Part shown: piece by piece, positions 11,648-24,655 of the stretch | Layout: each line of letters starts with the position of its first letter | Position numbering within the stretch: position 1 is the first letter of the stretch | Assembly: GCA_035084275.1 (NCBI GenBank) | Contig: CM068754.1 | Location: 8,370,001-8,434,000, forward strand | Length of the DNA stretch: 64,000 nucleotides | Direction: 5' to 3' | Origin: Hydrolagus colliei | Taxonomy: Eukaryota | Translations under genes and position numbers: made by a program | The notes under the pieces: generated by a model | The model's input: the letters and a program-made list of their open reading frames with translations, nothing else | Database searches by the model: none | What the model was told of the DNA's origin: nothing

Positions 11648-14356
11648 AAGATTGGTGATTCTCAAACATTTGCCTTACAAATTCGATACACCCCAAGTTA
11701 GGGTAATATAAAAGATACTGAGCCTCTTCATGTCTGGTCCTGAAGAAACCAATGCAAGGGTGATTGATATCATTGTGGATGCAAAGCAGAAGGTTATTCC
11801 ATTCACCATACGCATAAGAATAAATTAGTATTAATCTGTAAGAAGCGATTGAAGATATGCAGAAATGATCAGCATGGGTAAGAAATATTTCATTTTATGC
11901 TGTTGAGCAACTAGCTGTGACGACTAATAATTGTTAACACAAGTAAATAATCTTTTTCACACCCCAGTGTATTGTACATTGAATAATTTAAAAGTCCAGA
12001 TTATGATTAAACATTTCTACAGAAGTACACCACCTAAACATTTTAATTTGGGAACAAAAGGAAATTCAACGTCATCCAATTTTCTTTATATAATTAAAAT
12101 CAGATCATCCATTACACAATTATGCTTCTTTAACCATGATAATTTGTGCCACCTTCCAAAGGAAACTTGTCATTCAACTGGTCTGGGCAGCCTCAAAGCA
12201 CACATTAACAATCAACAAAATAAATTAAAGTGGAACCCTGGTTGTAAAAGTTAGTGGATTAAACTTGGAAGGATACACAATATTATCCAAATATATGAGA
12301 ATGGAATAAATTAAAAGCCCGCTATCCAGAGACATTTAGCTCAGAACCATCTACGATATAATTTGGTGGTACATCAATTGTGATCATTACCAGGTCCATC
12401 ACTCAGTGCCAATCTCTTGGGTATCCATTTACAATGGTTTAATAGAGAAGACACGTTTTCGTAATCAACATGCAAAAGATCCTCAAAATTTTTATTTATC
12501 TGTTTTATTGGTCTAATTTCCGCTGTTTCGTTACAGGATTTTTTTTGTTTTAAAAAACAAGTCAGCATGAGATATCACCAGCTATGGAAAATTTTCTATT
12601 TGCACAATTTATTACGAAATGCTGCAAATTATGAATCCCATTCAGAAAATTAGACATAGAATCACAGAAAACTACAGCCAGAAGGAGGCCATTTGACCGA
12701 TTGAGGTTGCACTCACTCACAACTCTCAGCTATTGTAGAACTGTATTTAGCTCCTTGCTTGTGTATGAACATATCACTAGTGCATTGTACCACATATGTG
12801 GAACTCTCAATCTGCTTTGAATACTGGGGTTTTTGCATGTATCAGACACCTGACTGACCCAACTAAAGAGGGGTTGGTATGGGGTGGGTGGGGGGACATG
12901 ATGAGAGAATGACACAAGCCAAGATCTGTTTTCTGAGTCTGAAATTTGGCATACGATTTTTGGATAAATGCTTCAAATTTGCCCTGAGATAGTTGCATTC
13001 CGAAACAAACAAGAGGCAACATTTATTTACTTCACCATTTTATAACAGTATTTAATTAACATGACGTTCTAATACAACGGTATAACAAGCAAGACAGGAA
13101 CGAACATCAAATATGTAAACGTAAAAATATTTATCCTGAATCAATATAAAATGTATAGCAGTATGTAAATTACCGGAGGCAATTCACTTAATTCACCAGA
13201 TAAGGAAACATCACAAGCTGCGTTTATTTACTTGCTTTTTTTTAGTACATCTTCAAACATAGCTGCATCTCAATTGGAAAATGGACTCGGTGAAGCAGCA
13301 CGTTAGCCGGTGACAGTCTTACCGCACTGTTAATTTTGTTCAAGTTTTAAGCTGTTTATAGATCTCGTGGCCTGAGGTTGTAGAAAGTGTAAAAAGGTTA
13401 CTGCCTTCAGCAAACTGTGAGCAGACAGACTAAGATGCGTCCTGTTGATGCTTGCAGATCCAGTATCACTTGTGACCTCTATTACCAAACAAAAAAAAAT
13501 CTAATCTTACAATTCTAAAAGGCTGAAAGAGGTTCACAGGCTCAGACTGAGGATATAAGTTCGAAATAACACATAGCCCTCTCAAAGGACCAAACATCAA
13601 GATATTTTATTGGCAGTGGGCTCACTGTTTTCTCTGGAGCAAGACTTTAACTTTTGTACTTGGAGCACTAGATAGACAGGTGTAAAGGATGAGTATAATC
13701 AAAACTCCTATTATTGACCGGATCAAACTAATTTGTCAGACTTCGTTACTTTACTTGAATCCTTCTGAAGTGCTGAGTTGGCTTTGTACTTTACAGAGAG
13801 CATCAACACCCAATGCATCGCTCAACCCTACATATAACTGGGTTAAATACTTGATGGTATCTCATATGGATTACAGAGACAATTGCTTTTCATTATAACA
13901 ATAATAATGATCATCATTGCATTTGATAAAACACCTTATCACGTCACCTAGACATCTCAAACATAGTGAACAAAAATCCAGAGAAAATCAATCAAGTATC
14001 TGAAAGCAATAATTAAAAAGGAAAGTAACAAACCGTAATGTTGAATGTCATCCAAAGCAGCAATAAATGATCAACACACAGTACATGCTGTTCCATCCTA
14101 TCAAACACAAAATGTCATTGAATCTCAAAGGCAGCATTAACGTTTATGCTGCTGAGTTTAGGTCTCCAAAATCCTTTAAGCCTAGAATCAGAAGTATATG
14201 GAGAATGGGGGTGGGGTTTAATAATTGGACTCAGCACACCAGGAAAGGAGAGGAGAGGGGGGGAAATCGACCAGAATTCGTACTTTGGAGCCAAGCAATA
14301 TTAAGTATCTCAGGGCATCCTCTGACGAGAGAGGGGCTATATAAATGTAAATTTTT

Positions 14357-14535
14357 AATAAGCCGTGCGTTTGATATAGAGCCTTATCATGTCTCGGGAG
14401 ACGTCTCAAAGCGCTTCACAGAATATACTGTAAAGTGTGTTGACTGTACATTTGTGTGGCTGAAACGCAGCAGCCAATCATACACAGCAGTGTCCCACAA
14501 ACAGTTGTAGATTCAGTGACCAATTTATTATATTC
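14357..14535 (-). mobile_element. SINE 3' half, tail-to-tail with an L2 tail fragment at ~14310-14352
   Basis: Matches SINE body and tail (GCGCTTCACAGAATATACTGTAAAGTG...GTCCCACAAACAG). Confidence 0.8.
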
Positions 14536-16305
14536 TTGTATTGGTACTGTATTGTTTGCCATCCAGGAGGAATATTCAGGTGTGCAAACACTGGAAAAAG
14601 GCAGGACCAGGTTCGTCTGCGATTTCTTCCTTGCCTTGCATATGAAGAACAGTCACTTGGGCAAGAGAGAGAGAATGTTCCATAGAAGAATGGCTGGACA
14701 TAAAAGTCAATGCCTTTGGAAGCAGAAGGAAGAAAATTGAAAGAGACAAAAAGGAGAGGTACGGTACTAAGCTGAAAAGTTAGCATTTGACCCACTATTA
14801 TTTTCTAAAATTAGGTTTCATAAAATCTATTAAGAATTATTTTGGAAGTCTCACAAAATAAGTCAACAGACCTAATTTGCTATCAAATTAATTTTAGTCA
14901 TTCAATCCAAAATTAATATGAGGCAGCTTTTATTTTAACAGACAATAGTTCAATCTTCTGCTTCACCTTCGTAAGAATTTTCTTAGTTAAAATTAATTTC
15001 CAAGGAAATCAAAAATACTAAAAAATATTGAAGACCTTTGTCCCTTTAACTCACTTATAGATTTGGTCAGTAGATCAGGAGGGGCTATTCATCAATGCCG
15101 AATGTAATTAATGCAAGGTAATGACTTAATTAATTGCTGCAAGCTGTCAATGTGCAAAACTAAACATTCTTGTGTTTCACTTTAATTATTCTTAACTTCA
15201 TGTGCAACTTTAAAAGACATCCATCACCTTACAAAGGCCCCATTACTTTTAAAATAAAATGAACCTGTGTACCTTTGTTAGCAAAAGTGACACACCAAAA
15301 CTAGATAAATGTGTCACTATTTGTGCTTTACCCAGAAATTGACAGTCCGCATTGCTCAGGAATTCAATTACTCAAGACATTTACCACAAAATTCAGTCAA
15401 TCACATTATTCATTGGTTCTTTAACTATATTGTGATTTCAACTGAGACCCGATGTAGAGGATACTTGAGACTTAACCTGCTTATCCTTCTTTTATGGAAC
15501 ATTTTAACTGTGTTTTTGTGATATTAGCTGAACCATAAATGTAAAGCATTGTGGAATCATCTACCCAGTGAAGTAATAGAGGCAAGTACAATGGAATTAC
15601 TGGAAGTATAAATAGATGCCACAAGGGCAGATTTAACGTGTTATGGCAGTCAGCTTCAATGGCCTGTATGTTTCATTCTTAAAAGCGTTGCATAAATTAT
15701 TTCTAAAAACAGAAACAAAGACAGGTTTAAAAGGCTCTATCTAAATAGCATTTTACCTTCTCTGCAACATGACATGCCATGCGACTACCAGGATGATGGA
15801 AAGTTGAACTGGATGGAACTTGGTTTTCTTTCGCTGAACAAATTCCTATTTTCTTATGTTCACTCCACCCTCCACCGTGAAGTATTTGTACAACTCGTTT
15901 CAATCTGCTTCCAACCCCACATGCTCCAAATACTACATTGAACCACTGGTGCAACTGATGAATACTTTGACGGAGTAATTCATCACAACATCAGCTACTT
16001 TTAGGAATCCATTCTGCATATAATTTCTTGCAAACAACTCAAAGGGTCATCTGTGCATTAGGGAGTACTTGATTTTGGTTCAACGTCTGCTAAGAACAAC
16101 TTAAAATATCCAATGCAGTCACGTTTTCACTGCCATAGATGAAAATGATTTTCAAAAAACAACATTTGACTGTGGATGTTTACGTAAGAAGCTATACAAA
16201 TGTAATTTTGTTGTTGTTGTTGTTGTTGTAAGAATAAAAGACCGTAAAACAGATCAAGGCTTCACATGTAATGCGAAGGACACTGGGCTGTCTGACAACA
16301 GAGTC

Positions 16306-16563
16306 AATCCCCAAATCCTCCACTCCACAATCAGCAGCCGTGACTTGAGCCACTACGCCCCAAGGATCTGGAAATCCCTTCCTGCCTCCCTTCGCCTCTT
16401 CCCCCCCTCTCTTCCCAGTTTCAGGTCTCAGCTAAAGACCTTTCTCTTCGACCGCGCCTTTGGTCACCTTTCTCTCCCTGTTCCCGGGATCCGTTATTCT
16501 GAAGCGCTCTTAGATGCCCTCCGGCGTGGAGGGTGCTATATAAATCAAAGTTGTTGTTGTGTT
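16306..16563 (+). mobile_element. L2 3' end (second subfamily)
   Basis: SHYAPRIWKSLPASLR...SFRSQLKTFLFDRAFG, then tail and (TTG)n; related to the 32445-33107 copy. Confidence 0.85.
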
Positions 16564-16965
16564 GAATGTGCTGCCTGCACAATAAAGAATCTGGACACCA
16601 TTAAGTACGTTTGCCATGCTCTGTAATTTACTGTAGTTTGGGATTGCAATTGCTTCGACTTAATATTGATCTTGCATTTTAAATGATATATTTTGTCAAT
16701 TTTGCATCCTGAATGTTTTTGAAAACCCAATCTAATTTGTGGAAGGTTTACCCTCCATGGAAACTACTTTTTAAAGTTTGACGATGATTTCCATTCTCAA
16801 GCTATCTTATTCCCACCAGTGTTATAAATGATGAACTTGAAAGACGAGCTGGGTGCTAACATCTCTTTTGTCAGATTAAACCATCATAAGACGGAAGTCG
16901 AATTATCAGCTACAGGATGTGCCAGCACAGTTAGGGCTTTTATTTTGATACTCCACTTTGAGATA

Positions 16966-17277
16966 TAATAGTAATAATCCTTGCATTTGATATAGCACTT
17001 TTCACATCTTCTAGACATCTCAAAGTGCTTCACAAAATCTACTGTAAAGTGAATTGACTGTATACTGTACATGTGGGCAAAACGCGGCAATCAAATGCGC
17101 ACAGCAGTGTCCCAAAAACAGTCGTGGATTGAATTGATCAATGTATTATTGTTTCTTTGAGGGATTATTATCAGACATGTGGAGTAAGGAAACTTGCCCA
17201 AGGTTTCACCCTGCCTGGAATTGAACCCAGGTGTCCCGCTTGTAAGGCAAGTGCTATATCTACTGAGCAACAGGATA
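16966..17277 (-). mobile_element. Full-length tRNA-derived SINE
   Basis: Colinear with other family members. Confidence 0.88.
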
Positions 17278-18859
17278 CAGTATTTGGTTTCTGTCAATAC
17301 TTTTATTTCAATTTAATTGCCACTGTTGTTTTATGTTTGTTTCAGATCACCCAACTTTACACAAGCTTCTGATGTGGCACTAAATATTGCATTAAAGTCA
17401 CGTTATTAAAAACTAACAGAGTGGGATGAAAATACAGTCTGCATTTCAATCAGATTTATCTGAGAATTTAAAGCAATGTTCTTGCTGGCTAGCGATAATT
17501 TGTTCAATATATATTGAACAATATATATTATTATATATTATTTACATCAATTGTTGATTTCTCTATTTTTTCATTTACCCTTGCTATTTTTTCTGGCTTT
17601 TCCTTTGTAAGATGTAAGCTTTAAATTTATTTCTCCTTCAGTACCCTTGCTGCTGCTTATTTAATTCTGCATTGATTACCTTCTCCCCTCTGTATTACTC
17701 CTTGAAGTTGGTTTATCAGCCTCCATGGGTTCAATCCTGTTTTGTAAATCTCAGAAAAGCAATAGTGTAGCTGCAATTGGTGCACCTAGCACAAGCCCAG
17801 TGTTGTTAAAACAACTTGAATACTAAAGTCTCAATGATTTTCATGATAACCAGAGACCATCACCATTTTATAAATATTGCTGTAAATAGTGTTGCTATAG
17901 TAGCATTCAAAGCTACAATTTACAAAATAGAGATGGTCTTAAGGACGGCACATCTTGTCTTGGTCAGCAAATGATTGAGGTGATATGGTAACAGGTTTAC
18001 GTGGATCCTATTTGTACATATAAGTAACAATACAACTGGGGTCATAAACACAGTCCAAGCTTGCTAATTGTACATCACTCAAACTTTGTGATTCATTGTT
18101 AATTCTTGTTTGAGCATTTGCTACTCTCACTAATCCCTGCAGTGTGCTGCTGAAATCGATACGACATTGCTTCCAGGTTAGAGAAGTCAGAAAGCTGAAT
18201 TTATTGGTGCAGTTTGGCTCAGATGGAGGAACTCTAAACATTTAAAGTTGAATTGAACCAGGACACTGGGAATTGGCACTGCAATGGCCCGATCCACAGA
18301 GGATCAGTAATGTCTGTGAATTGCTTTCAGACCCAATCACTGAAACAAAATAGGGGTGGGGGGAGGGGGGGTGAAAGGGGGGAAGGGGTAACAAGCGACA
18401 TCCTTGAGACAGATCTATCACAAGTCACATTTTTCACCTCCCTGCCCCCCACCACTCCCATGTGTCAAATCAAGATACTGTAAAAGATAATATTTCCAAA
18501 AGACTACCAGCACTTATGTTTATGGGGCACAAGACCTGCTCCCAAGCCATCTTGGGTGGGGTTGACTAGCAGAAAGAAAGTTGAATTGCTAAATTGTATT
18601 TGTACAGCAAAAGCATTTTAAAAATGTTGGAAACCTTAAAAAATGCTACATTGAAGTTTCACAGGCATTCCTTTGGCCAGCCATCGACCTCTATTACATC
18701 GTACCAAAGTACCAAAGCATTCTGCACTCAGGGTTGGTAAATATCATGAAAAGCAACCTATCATTTGGGTTCTTGCGCCTCTGCTCCAGTTACAAAGTGC
18801 TCTCCAGCCCCTGGATAAAGGTGAATTTTGATCAAAAAATACTAACCCATTTCCCACTC

Positions 18860-19297
18860 AGGCTAGGGAGGCTAGGATTACTCTCGTTGAAGCAGAGAAG
18901 GTTACAAGGAGACCTAATAGAGGTTTTCAAAATCATGAGGGGATTCGATAGGGTAAACAGGGAAAAACTATTTCCACTGGTGGGGTGTCAGTGACTCGAG
19001 GTGACAGATTTAAAATAGTTTCTAAAGGAAGCAGAGGGGAGGTGAGGAGAATATTTTTCATGCAGCGAGTTGTTTGAATCTGGAATGCATTGCCTCAAAG
19101 GGTGGTGGAGGCCAGTTCGATAACAACTTTTAAAAGAGAGGTGGACGGTTATTTAGGGAGGACGGGTTTGCGGGATTATGGGGAGAGAGTCAGGAACTGA
19201 GATTGACTTTGAATAGCTCTTTTCAAAGAGCCGGCACAGACACAATGGGCTGAATAGCCTCCTTTTGTGCTGTAAAATTCTATGATTCTATGATGAT
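18860..19297 (+). mobile_element. CR1-clade LINE 3' end
   Basis: RLGLLSLKQRRLQGDLIEVFKIMRGFDRVNREKLF is the typical CR1 ORF2 C-terminus; ends in the CR1 octamer repeat ATTCTATG x2. Confidence 0.92.
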
Positions 19298-20966
19298 GAT
19301 TCTTAAACGAAGCACATTGTGGTTCGTCCAGCAGGATATGAAGAAGTTCATCTGTGCAGCTTTGACAATGTTAAAAAAAACATGTCTTCATCTCCCAATA
19401 AAACCTGGAGTGCCCTTTACTTTGCATCATTTCCCAAGTATTTGCATTATTAGCTGAGATTCTTCTTAATTGTTAATTGCACTTATTATAACTACATGCC
19501 TGTAGATTATTAATCAAATTTGCTAGTACCGCAGGTCATCTCTCTTGGTTCATTGAATAATTAAATAATTGTTGCTCGCTTTTCAGTATCTTCTTTTTTT
19601 CTTTTTTTATAACCAGTTTTCTCATTTTAAGTAAATTTCAGTTCACATCTGGTAATTGATCTTGACCCGAGCTCAGGTCGGAAGTATTGACTGTCCAGCA
19701 CCTTGGGACTCCCATAGTGAAGAGCGCTATACAAATGTAATATTGTTGTTGGTGTTGTTGTTGTTTTTGCTGAATAATCTCTTGGATCCAAGCATTCTAT
19801 ATTGAACATTTCCCGCATAAATGCATATTCAATGCAATTGTGCTTCTGTGAGTTGGACACTCATGCGCACAAACATGTGATTATTATAGTAAGGACAGGC
19901 AGTCCAGGGAAATGTGGGGAGGGGACACACACTTTGTATAAAGTGACAGCATCAACCACTTTCAGCCTATAAATAGCATAGAGCAGCTGCAATATACAGC
20001 TCCCAACGCACCACAACAGACGAGAAACGTGCTTCAACGCCAACCTCAGTGGAACATCTTGTGTGTGTCAGATTTCTATATTCTTTTTGTTCTCCGAGCC
20101 TCTCTAAGTTTGCCAAGTGGTGCAATATATTATACGGTGAACTGACTGACTGACTGACTGGTACAGAATAAACCCTGATGCCCAGTCCTGTCTCCTTCAA
20201 TACTTCTTGTTATCAATGCTTCTTAAAGTTATACCTCATTCCAGAACAAGGGGACATGGGATCATCCTCAGAAGAAGGAAGTAAATTAATTTACATGGAG
20301 AGCAGTAGATATGTGGAATAAATACACAGATTAAATTTGTGTTAGTCTTTTTAAAAAGAAACACCGTTTGTACTTAATATTTAGTATTTTATGCTCAAAT
20401 TAATAAATGAAAGACACAATTTACGGATGCATCATCTGCAAACAATGTTTGCGAGATTTTTCAGTATTCTCTTCTCTCTTTAAAAAATGTTTCTCTGGAT
20501 TAAACTTTACACTATATTTCCTCTCTCAGTGAGCAAGGTTTCCTGAAAACAGTAACCTACATTACTGTTGGCACAGCACACTCCTACCTTTTGAAATAGG
20601 TAATTGGCAGAATTGAAAGGATGGAAAGGAGTAGAAGAAGCTACAAGAATAATATTGGTCATTTTGTTGTTGAATCATGAAAAATCAATAACAAGTGCAA
20701 TGTGACATGGCAAATTCAACATCATTATTGATAAGCAGTCAATAAGGCCAATGTTGCCAACAGAGTTTCATTCAGGCTACTTGTGATTAAATGTCTAAAC
20801 ATCGACAACATAAACATAATAAAAATATCCATTTAACAAACCAAAACATTGTGAGTTCAGTATTAGTGACCAAGATAAAATCTTCCGCGATTAACCAACA
20901 GCCGATAAGTCACAGCTGACTCACTCTAAAGCTATGATCAACTTTGGATTGAGGATCCTGTGAGAT

Positions 20967-21080
20967 TCATAGAATCATAGAATTTTACGGCATAAAAGGA
21001 GACCATTCGGCCCATCTAGTCTGTGCCGGCTCTTTGAAACGAGCAACTCAATCCACTGCCCTGCTCTCTCCCCATAACCT
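20967..21080 (-). mobile_element. CR1 3' UTR fragment
   Basis: CATAGAATCATAGAATTTTAC... is the reverse complement of the 19180-19293 tail. Confidence 0.85.
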
Positions 21081-21221
21081 AATAGATTGTGAAATAAAGA
21101 TAATAATCCATTGGTGTTCATTCACATCATCACCATCTTTCAAAGTGTTTAGCAGCATTACTGTAAAGTGACAGCAAGACTTTACAGCAGGTTTCTGAGT
21201 GAAGCCTATTTCTATTTGCCG

Positions 21222-21764
21222 TCTGTAATGTATAAATTTTCCATGTTATTTTCCACATGATAGTGAATATGCAGAACAATTTCCAACAGAAGCAACCGAT
21301 GCTTTGCTGATCAATACCATCAAAATCAATTGGATATGTATGTGCTTGAGAACTGTTTTGGAAGATACAGTATGGAGATAGGTGGTAACTAAAATGAATA
21401 AATACTGGTGTGACAAAATGATTTATAGGCTGGGGGCCAGAGGTATTGTTTAGGGCAATGCCATCTGGGAATGGAAGCAAGCCAGATGTGAAAGGTGGAG
21501 ATGAAAGACTCTGGGAGTTATGCTTCATTACCTTTGAAGTTAATTTAGCAGCTATGCAATACCTTCCTTAGAACGTAGAGTAGCTGAAACGAAGTTCCTG
21601 ATCGGGTATGTTTCGCATGGATATGAAAGTCAGTGTCTTTCCTATTGTCATGCTTTATTTGCCTGCAAAGTGTAGTCATTGGTTGCTTCTGTTGGGAATC
21701 TGTTCTGCGTATTCACTATCATGTGGAAAATAACATGGAAAATTTATTAATTATACATTACAGA
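21222..21764. mobile_element. Foldback/MITE-like element with ~80-bp terminal inverted repeats
   Basis: TAAATTTTCCATGTTATTTTCCACATGATAGTGAATATGCAGAACA (left arm) is the near-perfect reverse complement of 21701-21746; pairing extends over ~21222-21302 vs 21677-21764; no clear TSD. Confidence 0.65.
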
Positions 21765-22169
21765 ATATCCGGTGAAGCTCTTTGAGATATCCTTCTGATG
21801 GGAAAGGTGCTACACCAAACATAAGGATTATTAGATTAATAAGATTATTTATATTCTTCTGTTCTTATTTCTCCAAAATTACTACCTGAATTGGAAGGTA
21901 ATTTTGCTACTGCTTGTTTTGTTATTCACATAATTTGTACTCGTGAAAAAATGGATACAATCCATTGGTACTTGTTCATAATGGGAATTTCCAGTATTTT
22001 AGGGAATCAGATTGTAATAGCTCCCAATGAAGAGGCATAGTCCTGCAAACAAACTATAAACTCAATTAAACAAAACACAAAATACTACGGATGCTGGAAA
22101 TCTGAAACAAAAACAGAAGTTGGTGGGAAAACTCAGCAGGTCAGGCAGCATCCATGGAGAAAGGAAAGT

Positions 22170-22208
22170 GAATCAATGTTTTGAGTCCACAACCCTTCGT
22201 CAGAACTG
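22170..22208 (-). ncRNA. Second, more decayed hammerhead motif in the inverted arm
   Basis: Minus strand CAGTTCTGACGAAGGGTTGTGGACTCAAAACATTGA; the G of GAAA is mutated. Confidence 0.5.
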
Positions 22209-22463
22209 GGACATGTTGGGAGGGAGAGGTTTTTAATGACAAGTTAGACTATTAACACCTCTTCACTATTAACACCAGTTCTCCCTAGTTTTGTTTAAAC
22301 CCACCCCCTTTTTTATTTCACCCCGCTATCACTTATTTAAACCATCAATCACCACATTTTTTCCTTTGTCTTCTTTTTCTGTCTTCTTTGTCTCCTTTGT
22401 TTTCCTTGTCCTGCCTTCCCCTCTCGAACTTGTCCTTACAAACCTCTCCCTCCCAACATGCCC

Positions 22464-22502
22464 CAGTTCTGACGAAGGATCGTGGACTCGAAACATTGAC
22501 TC
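22464..22502 (+). ncRNA. Minimal type I hammerhead ribozyme motif (probably decayed)
   Basis: AGTT-CUGACGA-A-GGAUC-GUG-GACUC-GAAA-CAUU-GACU: conserved cores CUGANGA and GAAA, stem II, stem I AGUU/GACU; the expected GAAACGUU reads GAAACAUU. Confidence 0.6.
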
Positions 22503-24042
22503 ACTTTCCTTTCTCTATAGATGCTGCCTGACCTGCTGAGTTTTCCCAGCAACTTCTGTTTCTGGTTTATAACTTCAATCAAGTTGGTTTAGGTTACTGT
22601 TGTTTTGAAAGTCTTACTTGATTGTGTTTGGTTAAATCCTTTGTTTCTTAATATCTACAACAAAACTTAAGAGTACATGAATGATTCTTTGAAAAATTGA
22701 TCCACTTGCAATATGTAATCTGCTCCACAATTTTACACTTTTCTTTTACTTTGCTCACAAAGCATCCTCAGGATTGACCTTGCGATGCAATGTTCTCTGT
22801 GTTGAACAATAACAAATCTGAGATTCAGGAGCTTTCCTTGTAGACGGAGAAAGTTATAAGGTGACAAACAAAGGAAAATAAGTAATGGGTCAGCTGATAG
22901 AATTAGTCACAAAGGTCCTATAAATTTTAAAAGCGGACGATAACAGCTGTCAGGAAAGCACCATTATACTTTGATAGCTGTAACCAAAGCCATAAACAAT
23001 TGGAAGTTTCATGCAAATTGGACATCCCATTTATTTTTAATAGCAAAGAGTGTAACAATTTACTGGAAAATCAATGCAAATTGTTGCAGAATAAATCACG
23101 AGTAGATACAGATGTTGAATAAAAGGGAAAACTATTGAACATTTTCGGTGCCAAAAAAGGTGGTGAAGAACAAATGGCAGTTGCAAATTACGCTCTATGA
23201 GGAGTTAGACTCTTGAAGTATTCTCTGCTGTATCAACTGAAGCTTAAATTAACAAGAGGTTGGCTTCATTCTTGCATTTGCACCTGTGTGATGTAATTGA
23301 CCTGCAAAAGATCTGAATTCAGAATGCAAATGTGTAGGTGTATTTTTCTAAGAAGGACTGACATCCTGTGGAAGAAAAATGTGTCTATCGAGTGTGCAAA
23401 AGATGGATTAACATGACAAATTGATGACTGTATTGATATAATTGTGTGTTAATCTGTTAACAGTACCTAGCCCTTCTGCAATGACACAACTATTGATTTT
23501 TGTACGGCTGCATTCACCTTCGCTGTTCCAGTTTCTTTGAAAACTTAAACATTCCACTGCATAGATACACAAGTGCTATTTTGAGGCAGGACGCACACAC
23601 GTGCCTGTGCAGGTGGAATTTGTGCCCGCGGCATACGTAGCATGCCTGTTTATTCTGTGTGTGCCTGTGTATGGTGGAGTGTGCATGTCTGTGTGCTGTA
23701 TATATGTCTGTGCATATGCAGTGTGCAGGGCAAGAATACGAAATGAAGCTCATCATCGACTGTGGCAAATATTGTCTTGTGGATTACACACTATGTTCTT
23801 AAATCGAGCAAGGCCGTAACTATGTTGGGGCATAGATACATAGATATGTTTTGGCTAAGTCAGTCATTGTTGAGACCAGAGAGTGCATCAAACAACGAAC
23901 TGCACTATCCTATTTGATTCTGTGACCAAGACTGCAGAAGTGCAGATGGATAGTTTCACCTTTCAAAAATAATAATGGCTGTACAACGTCTGAAAAGAAG
24001 CAAAGAGGTTCACAAGTATCTGCTTAGTGTGGATGTTGTATA

Positions 24043-24655
24043 CGGCTGGACTACGGAAATTCTCTCCTAGTCGGCCTCCCCAGTTCCTCCATTCATAGGC
24101 TGCAGGCCATCCAAAACTCTGCAGCCCGTGTACTATCCCGCACCCGCACCCGCGACCACATAACTCCCACCCTCGCCCGTCTCCACTGGCTCCCCATCCT
24201 CCAGAGGATCGAGTTTAAGATCCTCGTCCTCACCTACAAGGCCTTACACGGCCTTGCCCCATCCTACTTAACCGATCTACTCTCCCCCTACACGCCCACC
24301 CAGACCCTCCGTTCAACAGGACTTGGCCTGCTCCAAGCCCCCCGCCCGAACCGCCCCACCATCGGAGGCCGGGCCTTCAGTTTCTCCGCTCCCACCTTAT
24401 GGAATGCCATCCCTCAATCCCTCCGTTTCGCCTCTTCCCTTTCCTCTTTCAAGGCCGGTTTGAAGACTTTCCTCTTCGATCGTGCCTTTTGTTCCACCCC
24501 AAACTCTTTTACCTCCCCTTCGTGTTTCACCCCTTCCCAAACACTCCCCTCTCAGCTCGGGTCACACGCCTCCTGTTCAGCGCCTTGGGACGTCCTCCCG
24601 ACGTGAAAGGCGCTCTATAAATGTAAATTGTTCTTGTTGTTGTTGTTGTTGTTGC
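24043..24655 (+). mobile_element. L2 LINE 3' end with open ORF2 C-terminus
   Basis: RLDYGNSLLVGLPSSSIHRLQAIQNSAARVLSRTRTRDHITPTLARLHWLPILQRIEFKILVLTYKALHGLAPSYL...; (TTG)n tail. Confidence 0.95.

Larger units (their letters stand above)
22073..22568. mobile_element. Penelope-like element remnant: inverted pair of terminal repeats
   Basis: ~128-bp arms 22105-22232 and 22440-22568 are reverse complements; they contain CTGACGAAGG...CGAAAC and AGATGCTGCCTGACCTGCTGAG, recalled as typical of fish/shark Penelope ends; pyrimidine-rich spacer. Confidence 0.75.

Noticed and set aside
11156-11711. Three long ORFs
   Set aside because: Artefacts of translating the N gap
13323-13478. Minus-strand exon-like segment with good acceptor and GTAAGA donor
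   Set aside because: All three frames contain stops; no support as a coding exon
15757-16013. Minus-strand exon-like ORF ending at AAG|GTAAAA
   Set aside because: In-frame TGA after the best acceptor; peptide unrecognised
23848-23860. TTTTGGCTAAG U2-like word
   Set aside because: Only 11 nt; chance level
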